This document shows, in pieces, positions 17,858-27,987 of a stretch of DNA of 64,000 nt. The notes below the pieces were generated by a model. That model was not told where the DNA came from and ran no database searches. It was given only the letters and a program-made list of their open reading frames with translations. Positions within the stretch are counted from its first letter, which is position 1; each line of letters begins with the position of its first letter. Location of the stretch: positions 1 through 64,000 of IMG/VR virus record IMGVR_UViG_3300034523_000174; one strand, given 5' to 3'. The stretch comes from a virus. The position numbers were made by a program, and so were the translations under genes.

Positions 17858-20479
17858 GTGAGCATTCTCCCCTCCGATGGTGATGGCTTTCTAACGGGCG
17901 CGGTGTCCGAGAATCTGGAAAAGATCGCCCGCGAGATTGCGGTACTCAAGGCGATCCGCTCGGACACGCACGCCACCTTGGCACAACTGCGCTCTATAGC
18001 TAATTCGCTGGGAAGCGTCCGTGTAGAAGGGCCGGCCCCCAGCAATAGCGCGCCACCAGCTTCCCCCGTCATACCTCCTGACAGGCCATCGCGCCGCAAT
18101 TCGCCAGCACCTGGCGCGCCACCTAGTGCACCGTCCGACGGCTCGCCAAGACCTGCCCCGCCCCCACGGCCTGTACCGCCACCACAGCCGCCCGACCGGG
18201 ATGCCTCGCCAACGCCCGCTCCTGACCGTCACCGGGATGAGAGCGGCCGGTGGCGCCGCCGTAACGCTGGCCCCGATGGTGCACCAAGCCCTGACGCCTC
18301 GGGAAGCGACAAGGAAAGCCGTGCGGCTGGCGCAATGGGGGATGCCGCCGACACCTTGAAGGGTGTGGCCAGTGCCGTGGGTTCTGGTACAGACGGCATC
18401 GATCCAACCGTTCAGGCCGTCAAAGAGATAGGGGGCATAGTTGCCCCTGTGGTTGGCGTTCTTAAGCCTATGGGGCGCCTGTTCGGTATTGGTAAGCGCC
18501 CCGAGCAAAAGAATCAGCGCGAAAACGTTGCCTGGTACCGCCGTATATGGGCGGCCGTAAAAACCCCGGCCGGCGGTGGCGGTGGCGGCCTAATGGGCCT
18601 GGTCCTGTCGGGCCTTTTGTCGATGCTGGGTATGCTGCTGGGGCCGATCAAGGCCCTGAGCAAGCTGATGGGGCTTGCCAGTCTACTCAAGGGCGCAGGC
18701 TCGATGCTTGGGGGTGGACGTGGCTCCGGTGGCGGCAGGGGCGCACGAGGTGGCAGAGGTGGGGGTGGGCCTAACCCCCCTGATACGAATCGACGCGGCG
18801 CGCGTAATGGTCCAACCCCGCCCGATGCCAATGGCCGCCGGAATCAACCGCGCCCACCTAGGCCACCTGGTGGCAGTGGCGGCTTAGGAGGGATGGTTAA
18901 AGGGGTATTGAAAAAACTTCCATTCATTGGCGCCTTACTCGGCGGCGGCATGATCGCCAATGCGTTTATGAAGGATGAAGATCCGAACGCAACCCCCGAT
19001 GAGAAGGCCGCTGCCAAGGCAGACAAGTGGGGCACCGTAGGCGGCGTGGCTGGTGGTGTTGTTGGCGCGGCCGTTGGCTCCTTACTCGGCCCGGTTGGCA
19101 CCATCGTCGGCGGTATCGTAGGTGACTACATTGGCTCTGCCATGGGCGAATGGCTGTCTACCGTCGATTTTGCCGCTGTAGCCACAACGGTCAGTGATAC
19201 GTTTTCGGCGCTGGCGTCAGGCGCCATGGACCTGGCCAGCTCAGCTTTCGATTCGGTTAAAGGTGCCTGGAACGGCCTGGTAGAGAGTGGCGCTAAAGTC
19301 TTCACAGGCATGAGCGACTGGGCCAAAGACACCTGGAAGGCCGCCACAGATGCCGTGATGGGCATTAAGGACACCGTGGCCGACAAGGTGCAGACGGCCA
19401 AGGACTATGTGGGCGATAAAGCCACGTCTGTGAAGGATGCCGGCCAGAACCTGCTGAATAAGGCCACCGGTGGCAAGTACACAGGCGGCTCCAACGCCGC
19501 GAAAGACGAAATGATCAAGGCCATGGATGCGGGCGGTATCACTGATCCCAAATCTAAAGCCATGCTCATGGCCAACGTCGACCACGAATCGGGTGGGTTC
19601 AAGAAGAACGAGGAAAACCTTAACTACAGCGCCAAACGCTTGCAGGAGGTTTTCCCCAAATACTACAAGACCCCCGAGGACGCCCGAGCCGACGCCAACA
19701 ACCCGGAAGCCATCGCCAACAAGGTCTATGGCGGGCGCATGGGTAATACCGAGGCTGGTGACGGCTACAAATACCGTGGGCGCGGTAACTTGCAGCTGAC
19801 GGGCAAGGCTCAGTATGCGGAAATGGGCAAGAAGCTGGGCATAGACCTGGTGAACAATCCAGACCTGGCCATGGATCCTAAATACTCGGCGCAGATCGCG
19901 GTGCAGCACTGGAAGAGTTCCGGCGCCGACAAGGCCGCCCAAGCCGGCGACCAGACGCGCGCCCGTAAACTCACCAACGGCGGCACCAATGGCCTGGAGG
20001 ATGTAAACAGCAAATATGACGCCTATCTGGCCCAAGCTAAGGCCGGCGACCTGACGCCAACCCGTCGCGCCGATGAAGGCAAGGTGCAAGCGCCAGCCGC
20101 CGCCAGCACCGCCATTGCCAGTACCATGGCCACGGTAAAGGGAGCGCCCACTGGCGCTAAACCGATCACCCCCGGCATGCCTGGCGCCAACACGGTGGGC
20201 ATTATGGCCGCGCCGGCGACGGCTCCAACCCTGGCGACCAAAGGGGTTACGTCAATCAGTCCTGTGAGCGCCGGCACACTGGTCGCTCCTCGTTACACAC
20301 CGCCCGCGCCGGAAGCCGCTCAAATGAAGATTCCGGCCACGCCAGCCGTAGAAAAGCCAATGATGATGGCCAACAAACCAGCCGCCCCCACCACTATCCA
20401 AATGTCGGTACCGCTCAGTCAGAACCTGGAAGATCGCCAGATTGCCCACGTCGCTGGCGGAGGGGTTGGTATGGGTTAA
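17858..20479 (+). CDS. tape measure protein (Sit-like) with GH19 lysozyme/chitinase domain
   Basis: Gly/Ala-rich hydrophobic and amphipathic repeats; HESGGF..ENLNYSA, GDGYKYRGRG.LQLTGK..Y. Confidence 0.85.
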   Translation: MSILPSDGDGFLTGAVSENLEKIAREIAVLKAIRSDTHATLAQLRSIANSLGSVRVEGPAPSNSAPPASPVIPPDRPSRRNSPAPGAPPSAPSDGSPRPAPPPRPVPPPQPPDRDASPTPAPDRHRDESGRWRRRNAGPDGAPSPDASGSDKESRAAGAMGDAADTLKGVASAVGSGTDGIDPTVQAVKEIGGIVAPVVGVLKPMGRLFGIGKRPEQKNQRENVAWYRRIWAAVKTPAGGGGGGLMGLVLSGLLSMLGMLLGPIKALSKLMGLASLLKGAGSMLGGGRGSGGGRGARGGRGGGGPNPPDTNRRGARNGPTPPDANGRRNQPRPPRPPGGSGGLGGMVKGVLKKLPFIGALLGGGMIANAFMKDEDPNATPDEKAAAKADKWGTVGGVAGGVVGAAVGSLLGPVGTIVGGIVGDYIGSAMGEWLSTVDFAAVATTVSDTFSALASGAMDLASSAFDSVKGAWNGLVESGAKVFTGMSDWAKDTWKAATDAVMGIKDTVADKVQTAKDYVGDKATSVKDAGQNLLNKATGGKYTGGSNAAKDEMIKAMDAGGITDPKSKAMLMANVDHESGGFKKNEENLNYSAKRLQEVFPKYYKTPEDARADANNPEAIANKVYGGRMGNTEAGDGYKYRGRGNLQLTGKAQYAEMGKKLGIDLVNNPDLAMDPKYSAQIAVQHWKSSGADKAAQAGDQTRARKLTNGGTNGLEDVNSKYDAYLAQAKAGDLTPTRRADEGKVQAPAAASTAIASTMATVKGAPTGAKPITPGMPGANTVGIMAAPATAPTLATKGVTSISPVSAGTLVAPRYTPPAPEAAQMKIPATPAVEKPMMMANKPAAPTTIQMSVPLSQNLEDRQIAHVAGGGVGMG

Positions 20480-20496
20480 CCGCCCCTCGATTCACT

Positions 20497-20537
20497 GCAA
20501 ACCGCCCCGCAATAGGGCGGTTTTTGTTTGCCATGAT
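20497..20537 (+). promoter_or_regulatory. putative late promoter/terminator (GCAAACC-N28-CATGAT)
   Basis: Motif plus hairpin AAACCGCCC/GGGCGGTTT with T run. Confidence 0.65.
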
Positions 20538-20565
20538 GCAATCAATAAACCGCTATCGGTGCCCC

Positions 20566-20886
20566 ATGGCAGACGACACATTAAACACAGACCTCCTGTT
20601 CCGGATGATCGCCCACTGGGCTGGGACAAGGCCGGGTAGCTACTACGGCTCGACCTATGGCGCACCCACTGAGGAACTGTTGCAAAAGCCCCTCAGCTCG
20701 CCCATTGCGGACGCCTACCTGGCCAAGATGCGCGAGGACATTCCCGTCCTTGCCGCGCTGCCTGTGGGCACCATCAACATGCACGCGGCCAATGATGGCT
20801 TTGAGCGCAAAAACATCTTTATCGAAATTAGTGGCTCCTACGTGAGCCTTTCAGAGCTTGGAGAGGTCAACCGTGGCAACTACTAA
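20566..20886 (+). CDS. baseplate wedge protein, gp25/PmgA-like
   Basis: HW..T....YYGS.YG; size and position between TMP and the BplA-like gene. Confidence 0.65.
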   Translation: MADDTLNTDLLFRMIAHWAGTRPGSYYGSTYGAPTEELLQKPLSSPIADAYLAKMREDIPVLAALPVGTINMHAANDGFERKNIFIEISGSYVSLSELGEVNRGNY

Positions 20887-22261
20887 AGACGAGTTCCTAC
20901 AGTCCGCAGTCAATGAAATCTCCAGTTATCCCACGATTGCGCTGCGCTTTTCGATTGGCGACCCCCTGATTCAGCAAGGGCTGGCGTCTATGTCAGCCAT
21001 GCTGGCGGATCTGAGCAACCAGGTGGAAATGACGGCGGGCGAGGCGTTCATTAAGGCGCGGCCTGTGACGGTGCTGGCTGACGCGGCAGTGAAGGGTATT
21101 CTGCCTTTCGCAACGCCCACCATCGCATCGATCACCCTGCTCAACAGCGGCAGTACAGCCGTCCAGGTTCTACAGGGCCGCTCGCTGATGGATCAGGGTG
21201 GGCGGTACTGGCGTGTTATCTCGGGCGGCAGCGCTGAGCCCGGTGCAAGCGTCCTGATACTGGCCAAGCAGGTCGTGTTGCGCTCCCTGACCCACTCAGT
21301 CACGAAAAACACACCGTTCTATACCGTGGAGCTGGATGACCCCGCCGTGGGTTACATCGCAGAGGTTGCGGTGACTGGCTATGAGTACACCGCCGAATTC
21401 TGCAACGTCTCCCCCGGTGATCTGGTCTACCACGTCAAATCTGATGAAAACCAGATTTTGAGCCTGATGTTTGGCGTGGACGCGCTGGCGGGTAAGCAAC
21501 CGGCAGTAGGTGAGTCGCTGGCCATATCGATCTACGACACTGAGGGCGAAATCAGCCTGAGCGTGGGCGGCACGTTCTCGTTTGAGTACACCACCGCTGG
21601 AGACCAGTTTGTCATCATGACGCTTGCCGAGGTCACTCAGACCGGCGCAGCGCCGATGGATATCGAAACGATGCGCGAGGTGTGCAGCTACCCCGGCATC
21701 TACAGCAAATCCGCCGTCTACCTGTCGAACTTCGATTTTCTGGTGCGTAGTCAGATTCAGTCGCTCAACTTCCTGTCGGTATGGAACGAGGCCCGCGAAG
21801 AGGCTGTGCGCGGGGCTGACGTGCTCAACATGAACAGGCTTTTCGTGGCGGTTCTGCGCGATGGCACCAACGTGGAAACCCTGCGCTCTGAAATCTCGAC
21901 AGTGGTCTACACCGCCGACGACAGCCTGCGGTTGCGCTGGGTTGATGCGGTGGAGATTGAATTGCCTCTGGTGCTCACCCTTACCATTCCGTCTACCTAC
22001 GACTCCGCAGCGGTGCTCCAGGCCGTCCGGGCATTGGTGCTGATCAACTACGGGCGGAACTCGGCATGGGCTCGCCGTGGGGGTGCAAAGATCCTCAGGA
22101 AAGACATTTACGCGCTGATCGACAAGAATATCCCGGCACTCACACAGCGCCTGGCAGACCTGTCCGTTGATACCAGCGCTGCGGTTGCGCCGCTTCCTGA
22201 GCACTTCCGCTACGTCACAGATGCGAGCCTGCAAGTCGTGCCTGTGAGTGAGGATGCGTAA
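20873..22261 (+). CDS. baseplate wedge protein (BplA/J-like)
   Basis: About 460 aa; P1 synteny; GAGG RBS before GTG. Confidence 0.75.
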   Translation: MATTKDEFLQSAVNEISSYPTIALRFSIGDPLIQQGLASMSAMLADLSNQVEMTAGEAFIKARPVTVLADAAVKGILPFATPTIASITLLNSGSTAVQVLQGRSLMDQGGRYWRVISGGSAEPGASVLILAKQVVLRSLTHSVTKNTPFYTVELDDPAVGYIAEVAVTGYEYTAEFCNVSPGDLVYHVKSDENQILSLMFGVDALAGKQPAVGESLAISIYDTEGEISLSVGGTFSFEYTTAGDQFVIMTLAEVTQTGAAPMDIETMREVCSYPGIYSKSAVYLSNFDFLVRSQIQSLNFLSVWNEAREEAVRGADVLNMNRLFVAVLRDGTNVETLRSEISTVVYTADDSLRLRWVDAVEIELPLVLTLTIPSTYDSAAVLQAVRALVLINYGRNSAWARRGGAKILRKDIYALIDKNIPALTQRLADLSVDTSAAVAPLPEHFRYVTDASLQVVPVSEDA

Positions 22262-23082
22262 TGGAACTGATCCCGCTAAAGCGTAGCGCCGAATACGACG
22301 ACCTTGAGTCTGAATTCAAGGCGCTGTTTCTGAGCCTGTACCGCCAATACGTCAGCGATGACCTTAGCGAGCTGATGCTGTACGGGATGCCGCACCTAAG
22401 CTCGGATGAGGTCATTAGCATGCATCTGGGGCGTGACGGCCTGGCCATGCTGCGCGACACCACGAACGAGCGTATTCGCTACCTGTTCCACGCCTGGCGC
22501 TACAACAACCCCCAGCGCGGAACAGCGTTTCTGGACACCTACCTGCGCACGCTGTTTGGGCCTACGTTCCAGATAAATCAATTGTGGTGCCCGGTAGATG
22601 GCGTCTATCCCCATGATGCGGTATCGGAGGCCGAAGTTATCGCGCTGGGCGAGAGCACGGACGATTACTTTCTAACGAGCCGCCTACAGGTCGATATCGA
22701 CACGGAAATTGTCCCGCTGCGCATTGCCGAGGCGGCTAAGACGGCGGTTTCCGCCAAGTTCGTGCTGGACGTGCGTCTGGCCAAGACGATCAGCCTTGTT
22801 TACAAGGTGGCGATGCTGGGGTGGGGCATCCAGGTCGTGCGAGCGGCGGGCAAGGCCCTGTATCACCAGCGTGAGATTATCGCCTCGGTTACGGTTGGTG
22901 GCGGCATGTACGCGGTCGGCAGCGGTGACGCCATCAAGCTGGTACATACGGGTGGTAGCCAGGTGGTCCGCGCACCAGAAGTGCGCAGCACGGTGCGTAC
23001 AGGCCCTGCCAGTCGTCCAGGCGCGGCGACGATGATTTTCAGCTCAATTCCCCGCGTAGACATGCAAACCTACCCCAAATAG
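22261..23082 (+). CDS. baseplate protein (P1 gp16-like)
   Basis: RGTAFLDTYL...YFLTSR; synteny. Confidence 0.65.
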   Translation: MELIPLKRSAEYDDLESEFKALFLSLYRQYVSDDLSELMLYGMPHLSSDEVISMHLGRDGLAMLRDTTNERIRYLFHAWRYNNPQRGTAFLDTYLRTLFGPTFQINQLWCPVDGVYPHDAVSEAEVIALGESTDDYFLTSRLQVDIDTEIVPLRIAEAAKTAVSAKFVLDVRLAKTISLVYKVAMLGWGIQVVRAAGKALYHQREIIASVTVGGGMYAVGSGDAIKLVHTGGSQVVRAPEVRSTVRTGPASRPGAATMIFSSIPRVDMQTYPK

Positions 23083-23104
23083 GGCGTTTTTCCGACTGTA
23101 ACCT
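23064..23104 (+). promoter_or_regulatory. putative late promoter (GCAAACC-N28-TAACCT)
   Basis: Fixed-spacing motif upstream of the tail fibre gene. Confidence 0.6.
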
Positions 23105-23135
23105 TCTGCCATATATCAACCGTTTAGGTGGCGTT

Positions 23136-25532
23136 ATGGCAGATCCAGTTCTTATTGAACCCACGTTAACCCAGGCCGGGCAGGCGGCGGCGTTCAATGC
23201 CGACAACACCGGCCTGGAACTCAAAATCACCCATGCTTCGTTCGGCCTGGCGCACTACGACCCGACTGGCGAGGAACGTGACCTGCTGGCTCCGGTTGGC
23301 AGTAAGGTTCCTCTCTCTGGCGGCAGTCGCCCGACGCCTTACCAGCTGCGCATGGTGGTGTCTTGGCGCGAAGACGTAGGCGAAGTGCCGGTAGGTGAAA
23401 TCGGTTTCTGGTCCAATGACACCCTGGTGTTTATCTGGTCAAAGGCTGACGGCACCAATGCGTCCTACAAGACCGATGGCGTCACTTATGTGCTGTTCAA
23501 TGACCTGACCTTTGCTCAGGTTCCGGCAGGCAGCATCAACGTACAGGTAGACCCTAACGAAAGCGTGGCGCTGGCAGCTCTTGCAGCACACGAAGGGTCG
23601 GATAACGCCCACCCGCAATACCTGCTTCGCAAGGACGCATCCAAGGACGTAGCGTCGCTGTCGTGGCTTGGTCTGGCAGAGGGGGCCGAAAACGCCCTGG
23701 TACTCACGCCAGTAGCGGCAGAAACGGTTATTACCACCTACTCGGCGGGTCAGAAGTTCACTTTCATGGCCACCGCAACTAACACGTCTGTCGTCACCGC
23801 CAATATTGATGGAGCTGGCGCGGTGGCGTTGAGAAAGGCAGTCGCGGGTGGCGTTGCAGCCCTTGAGGCTGGTGATATTAGTCCGGGGGTGATCTACGAT
23901 CTGGTGTTTAACGGCACCTATTTTCAGCTGACTGGTGGCGGTCTGGGTGGCTCCAGCTCTGGCGGCGGCGGGGCTGGTGTAGGTGGCAGTTACACCAAGG
24001 ACGTTGGCACAGTAAACACCTACAAGGGCACCTATCTGCCTGCCGTTACATCCTTGGTTGATGGCCTTGAGTTGGTTTTCCTGGCTAAAACAACCAACAC
24101 CAACAAAAGCACCTTCTCGCCCAATTCCTTGGCAGCGAAACCTATTCTAGACCTTCGCTACGCCGAGCTTTCTGCTGGGAAAATCGGGGTAGGTGCTATC
24201 TGTACCGTGCGCTATCTGGCGAGCCTAGACTCTTGGGTTTTGACAGGCATTGCGGGGAGTGGCGTTCCATCCACGCTGGCCGCTTACGGCATCACCGATG
24301 CCTATACGAAGGCCCAAGTGGATGCCGCTGTGGGTACTCAGGCGAAAGTGGTAGGAACGCCCGCTGTTACAGGCTCCAGCAGCGTTACCGCAGGTACTGT
24401 GGTTGCACTTACTGCAACGGCAGCCAGCTTGCTGACGGGAGGCGCTATCGCAAGTTTCACCTGGACGCTGCCAGACGGCACTACGAGCACTGTGGCGGCA
24501 AGTAGCGGTAGCGCCTCAAAGTCGGTTACAGCTATCGGTAGCATTGGCTCCAACTACGCGGTGCAGGTTTACGCCATAGACACGGCGGGTAACAAGTCGG
24601 CGGTGACTACCAAGCTGATTGCTATTACCAGCCACAACGCGCCAACCCCGCCAACGGTCATCACTACCGCTGGAACGATTTATCAAAACTCAACCGGCAA
24701 CACGATCACTATTAGCGGTTCGACAGCCTCTGATGGCGCAACGCTCACGTACACCATCAACCAATCGGGTGATGCGGCGCTGACCTTTAGCAAGACCAGC
24801 GGCATCGTGGCAGGCGAGTCGATAACTTTTTCAGCACCAGCGGTGGCGGCGGACACGGTTGTCACGCTAAGCGCCGTAGCTGTTGACTCGCTGGGAGGGC
24901 AAAGTACCGCTAAGACGGCGGCTATCACCGTAGCCACCTACCCTACCGTCTTGGGTGTTCCTTTTGGTGGCGGGTATTACGCGGGCCGCATTAAAAACGG
25001 CACTGATGTTTACCTTCTTATTGTCGCGCCTAAGGCTTCTGGCGAGACAACGCTTGCACTTAGAGACAGAGACGGTACAGGCATGCAGTACAGTGTCTGG
25101 GATGGTGCGAGTAACACCGCAAGTTTGTTGGCGGAATCAGCTGCATCAACAACCATGAAATCTCCAGCGGCTGAATTTTGCAAAGCCCTGAATATTGGCG
25201 GGTTTACGGATTGGGCAATCCCAGCAGAAAACCAGCTTGACCTTATCTATCGTACATTTAAGCCGTACACGGGCACAAACAGTACGACCGAAGGTGCTAA
25301 CGGCAACCTTGATCCCGTACAACAGAACTACACGGCGGCGGCTCCTGCACAAACAGCCATTGCCGCGTTTAAATTGGGTGGCGCGGAGGCGTTTACCCTA
25401 GATCGGTATTGGACATCTACATCGTATAACGGGAGTTACGGAAAGCCGATTGACTTCACAGATGGGTATCGCGCTATCTCAACCAAAACGACTCAGCGAA
25501 AGTTGCGCGCCGTCCGTATGGTGAAAATGTAA
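23136..25532 (+). CDS. tail fibre / receptor-binding protein with Ig-like repeats and C-terminal DUF1566/CLec-like domain
   Basis: HPQY fibre motif, TLAAYGITDAY, Thr/Ser-rich Ig-like domains, GGGYYAGRI...DW.IP...YWTST...RAVR. Confidence 0.85.
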   Translation: MADPVLIEPTLTQAGQAAAFNADNTGLELKITHASFGLAHYDPTGEERDLLAPVGSKVPLSGGSRPTPYQLRMVVSWREDVGEVPVGEIGFWSNDTLVFIWSKADGTNASYKTDGVTYVLFNDLTFAQVPAGSINVQVDPNESVALAALAAHEGSDNAHPQYLLRKDASKDVASLSWLGLAEGAENALVLTPVAAETVITTYSAGQKFTFMATATNTSVVTANIDGAGAVALRKAVAGGVAALEAGDISPGVIYDLVFNGTYFQLTGGGLGGSSSGGGGAGVGGSYTKDVGTVNTYKGTYLPAVTSLVDGLELVFLAKTTNTNKSTFSPNSLAAKPILDLRYAELSAGKIGVGAICTVRYLASLDSWVLTGIAGSGVPSTLAAYGITDAYTKAQVDAAVGTQAKVVGTPAVTGSSSVTAGTVVALTATAASLLTGGAIASFTWTLPDGTTSTVAASSGSASKSVTAIGSIGSNYAVQVYAIDTAGNKSAVTTKLIAITSHNAPTPPTVITTAGTIYQNSTGNTITISGSTASDGATLTYTINQSGDAALTFSKTSGIVAGESITFSAPAVAADTVVTLSAVAVDSLGGQSTAKTAAITVATYPTVLGVPFGGGYYAGRIKNGTDVYLLIVAPKASGETTLALRDRDGTGMQYSVWDGASNTASLLAESAASTTMKSPAAEFCKALNIGGFTDWAIPAENQLDLIYRTFKPYTGTNSTTEGANGNLDPVQQNYTAAAPAQTAIAAFKLGGAEAFTLDRYWTSTSYNGSYGKPIDFTDGYRAISTKTTQRKLRAVRMVKM

Positions 25533-25588
25533 AACCCCCTTAACTAAGGGGGCCTGGCACTGTGCCCCCGCTACAGCCAGGAGACGTT

Positions 25589-26215
25589 ATGCGTTATTTG
25601 GAATATACCCATGTGGACTCGGTAACAGGCGTGCCGGTATCAATCGCTCGCGCCGTGAACGGGCCGAAAGAACCTTTAGTTGCCGGGTTGGAGTTTGTGT
25701 TCGCGCTGGAGTCTCTGTATCCAGCTCCCGCGCCTGCTTTATACGGAACAGCACCAGACGACTCAGCTATTACGGTAGCCGGTGTATTGCGTGAGCTGAC
25801 TAAGGAAGAGTTTGATGCAGTTCAGGCTGCTGAGCTTACCAATCGAACTATCAAACGAAATAACGGGTGGATGACTCAGATTCAGAACGAGCGCTGGCTT
25901 CGTGAAGTGTCCGGCCTGATCTGGAGCGGCGTGTTCATCGACACTGATGAAAAGTCGCAACCCAAGATCCAGTCGGCGCGCTCAGCGGCTCAGGACGGCT
26001 TGCGGGTAGATGGCTCAGCCTGGAAGTGTGGCGACCCGCAGACGGGTGAAATCATCTACCGCGCCACCAGCAACGCTGAAATGATCGAGATTGGCAGCAT
26101 GGCGTTCAACTACGTCCAGGGCTGCTACGACCGTGAAGGCGTGCTGATGACGGCGGTGAAGGACGGCACCTACACCGCTGACATGATCGATCTGGGCTGG
26201 CCTGCTCGGGTATAG
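25589..26215 (+). CDS. tail fibre assembly-associated protein (DUF4376-like C-terminus)
   Basis: R...EVSG....IDTD..SQ...WK...YVQGCYDRE; AGGAG RBS. Confidence 0.7.
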   Translation: MRYLEYTHVDSVTGVPVSIARAVNGPKEPLVAGLEFVFALESLYPAPAPALYGTAPDDSAITVAGVLRELTKEEFDAVQAAELTNRTIKRNNGWMTQIQNERWLREVSGLIWSGVFIDTDEKSQPKIQSARSAAQDGLRVDGSAWKCGDPQTGEIIYRATSNAEMIEIGSMAFNYVQGCYDREGVLMTAVKDGTYTADMIDLGWPARV

Positions 26216-26234
26216 CGCCACCGGCCGAAACCAC

Positions 26235-26275
26235 GCAAACCGCCGCGCAATGTGGCGGTTTTTGTGGGGCACCAT
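26235..26275 (+). promoter_or_regulatory. putative late promoter/terminator (GCAAACC-N28-CACCAT)
   Basis: Motif plus hairpin AAACCGCC/GGCGGTTT with T run. Confidence 0.65.
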
Positions 26276-26308
26276 TCACGGATAACCCCGTAGATTGAGC
26301 GCCCCACT

Positions 26309-27091
26309 ATGCCCCGAACCCTCAATGGCAGTTTCGATCAGATCAAGATCGGATTTTCTCAGTACCTGAGCCGCTGGCGCGAGGGCGTCTATCCCGATTA
26401 CGTCGATACCAAAGCGGTCCAGGCATTCCTAGACAAGCCATTCAGTCAGGCTGTGATATGGGCGGCGGCGCGAATGGTCGACGATGCAGAATCCATGCTC
26501 AAGGCGTACCAGAAGAACGACAACGGTCCGCCAGGCAAGACCACGCTGTTTCCTGTCGTGTTGCTGGCGATGGACGATAACTTTGCGGGTACCGGCGCGG
26601 ACTGGGGCGGCGATCACATTGCCCGAACGATGCAGCAGATCGAAGAGGGCGGATCCTGGTACGGCTATAAGCAGGTTATGCAGGATCGGCGCCTACAGAT
26701 GGTGATCATCGCCAGCGAGGCCGGTACAGCGCAGAGCCTGGCCGCGCAACTGTCGTCGTTCATCAAAGAACCGTCCAATCGTTATTTCGATGCCGTGTAC
26801 GAGTTCGGCCAATACAAGGTGCCGATGCCGCAAACGCTGGAATCGGTGCGCATTGACTGGATGGACGTAAGGCCTGACGGGATCAAGAACATCAAGATCC
26901 TGGTAGCCGACTTAACGCTCAAGTGCTCGATTCCATACTTCGACGCACCTGGTGATGGCCAACCGAACGACGGCAGCACCAACAACCCACCAGGCTATCC
27001 GTCCATGCGTGAGGTGGCGCACACCGACAAGTTCAGTCACACCGGTTCAACGACTACAAATTCCGGCATCAAATGGGGAAAGCCTGAGTGA
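26309..27091 (+). CDS. tail terminator/completion protein (P1 gp24-like by synteny)
   Basis: 260 aa; precedes the hub and spike genes. Confidence 0.55.
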   Translation: MPRTLNGSFDQIKIGFSQYLSRWREGVYPDYVDTKAVQAFLDKPFSQAVIWAAARMVDDAESMLKAYQKNDNGPPGKTTLFPVVLLAMDDNFAGTGADWGGDHIARTMQQIEEGGSWYGYKQVMQDRRLQMVIIASEAGTAQSLAAQLSSFIKEPSNRYFDAVYEFGQYKVPMPQTLESVRIDWMDVRPDGIKNIKILVADLTLKCSIPYFDAPGDGQPNDGSTNNPPGYPSMREVAHTDKFSHTGSTTTNSGIKWGKPE

Positions 27092-27987
27092 ACGTCTACC
27101 TGAGCGAGAACGGCGATCAATTGCCGTCTGACGTGGTGCTTAAGTGGGTGGGCCGCTCCGACCTTACCCCGGTACCGCGCTCGATTGAGTTCACGGCAAA
27201 GCTGATCGATGGCGTACAGGAAAAGCTCAAGGTGGGCGCCTCGATCTGGTCAGGCCGCGAGAATCTGCGCTATGAGGTGGTCAAGACCGACCGGGCGCCA
27301 CCGTTGGGCCAGGTGCAAGGCAAGAGTCAGCAGCAGGCCATGAAAGTCACGGCCTTGCTGCACCGCTGCGCCTCTGTGGCGCGTCCGTTGAATGGGGCGG
27401 TCATACTCTCCAATACCACGCTTGGGGCCATCTACCGGGCTTGTGGCGCCTTCATGCCGGTGGGGAGCGACTTCGCTGTGCCACGCTTTACCTGTTTCAA
27501 GGGAAAAGAACCAAGCTATGCGTTGGCGCAGGTGCTACAGGAGGAAGGCGCGGCGCTGGTGCTCAGGAATGGCAGTATCAGTGCCATGCGCCTGACCGAC
27601 ATGGCCAAACAGGCGCCGGTTTCCGATATCGGCCAGGTGGACAGCAGCGCCAAAATCGAAAGCGAATTCCTGCAACTGCAAGACATCCCGTCGTACTACT
27701 CAGTCGACGATACCGCCGCGATTGTTACAGGGCAGATGGGCCAGGCGCGGCGGGTGGCGTTCCTTGCTCGGGCCGATTCGCGCCAGCTCAGGAACGTCAG
27801 CTGTGTGCTGGTGCGCAATAAGACGGTAGACAGCACCATTTGCCAGCAGATCCAAGCCGGTGATGTGCTGCGCGTATCGGGGGAAAACCTGATCGTGATC
27901 ACCGCCGCCCACGCCTTTGAGAGCCTAGAGGGTGCGCAGGAAAGCCGCAGCCGCTTATGGCTCGGGAGTATCGTTAATGCCCAGTAA
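27088..27987 (+). CDS. baseplate hub (P1 gp6-like)
   Basis: RSDLTPVP motif; upstream of the spike gene. Confidence 0.65.
   Translation: MNVYLSENGDQLPSDVVLKWVGRSDLTPVPRSIEFTAKLIDGVQEKLKVGASIWSGRENLRYEVVKTDRAPPLGQVQGKSQQQAMKVTALLHRCASVARPLNGAVILSNTTLGAIYRACGAFMPVGSDFAVPRFTCFKGKEPSYALAQVLQEEGAALVLRNGSISAMRLTDMAKQAPVSDIGQVDSSAKIESEFLQLQDIPSYYSVDDTAAIVTGQMGQARRVAFLARADSRQLRNVSCVLVRNKTVDSTICQQIQAGDVLRVSGENLIVITAAHAFESLEGAQESRSRLWLGSIVNAQ

Noticed and set aside
25400-25552. Complete diversity-generating retroelement
   Set aside because: No reverse transcriptase, avd gene or template repeat visible in the window.
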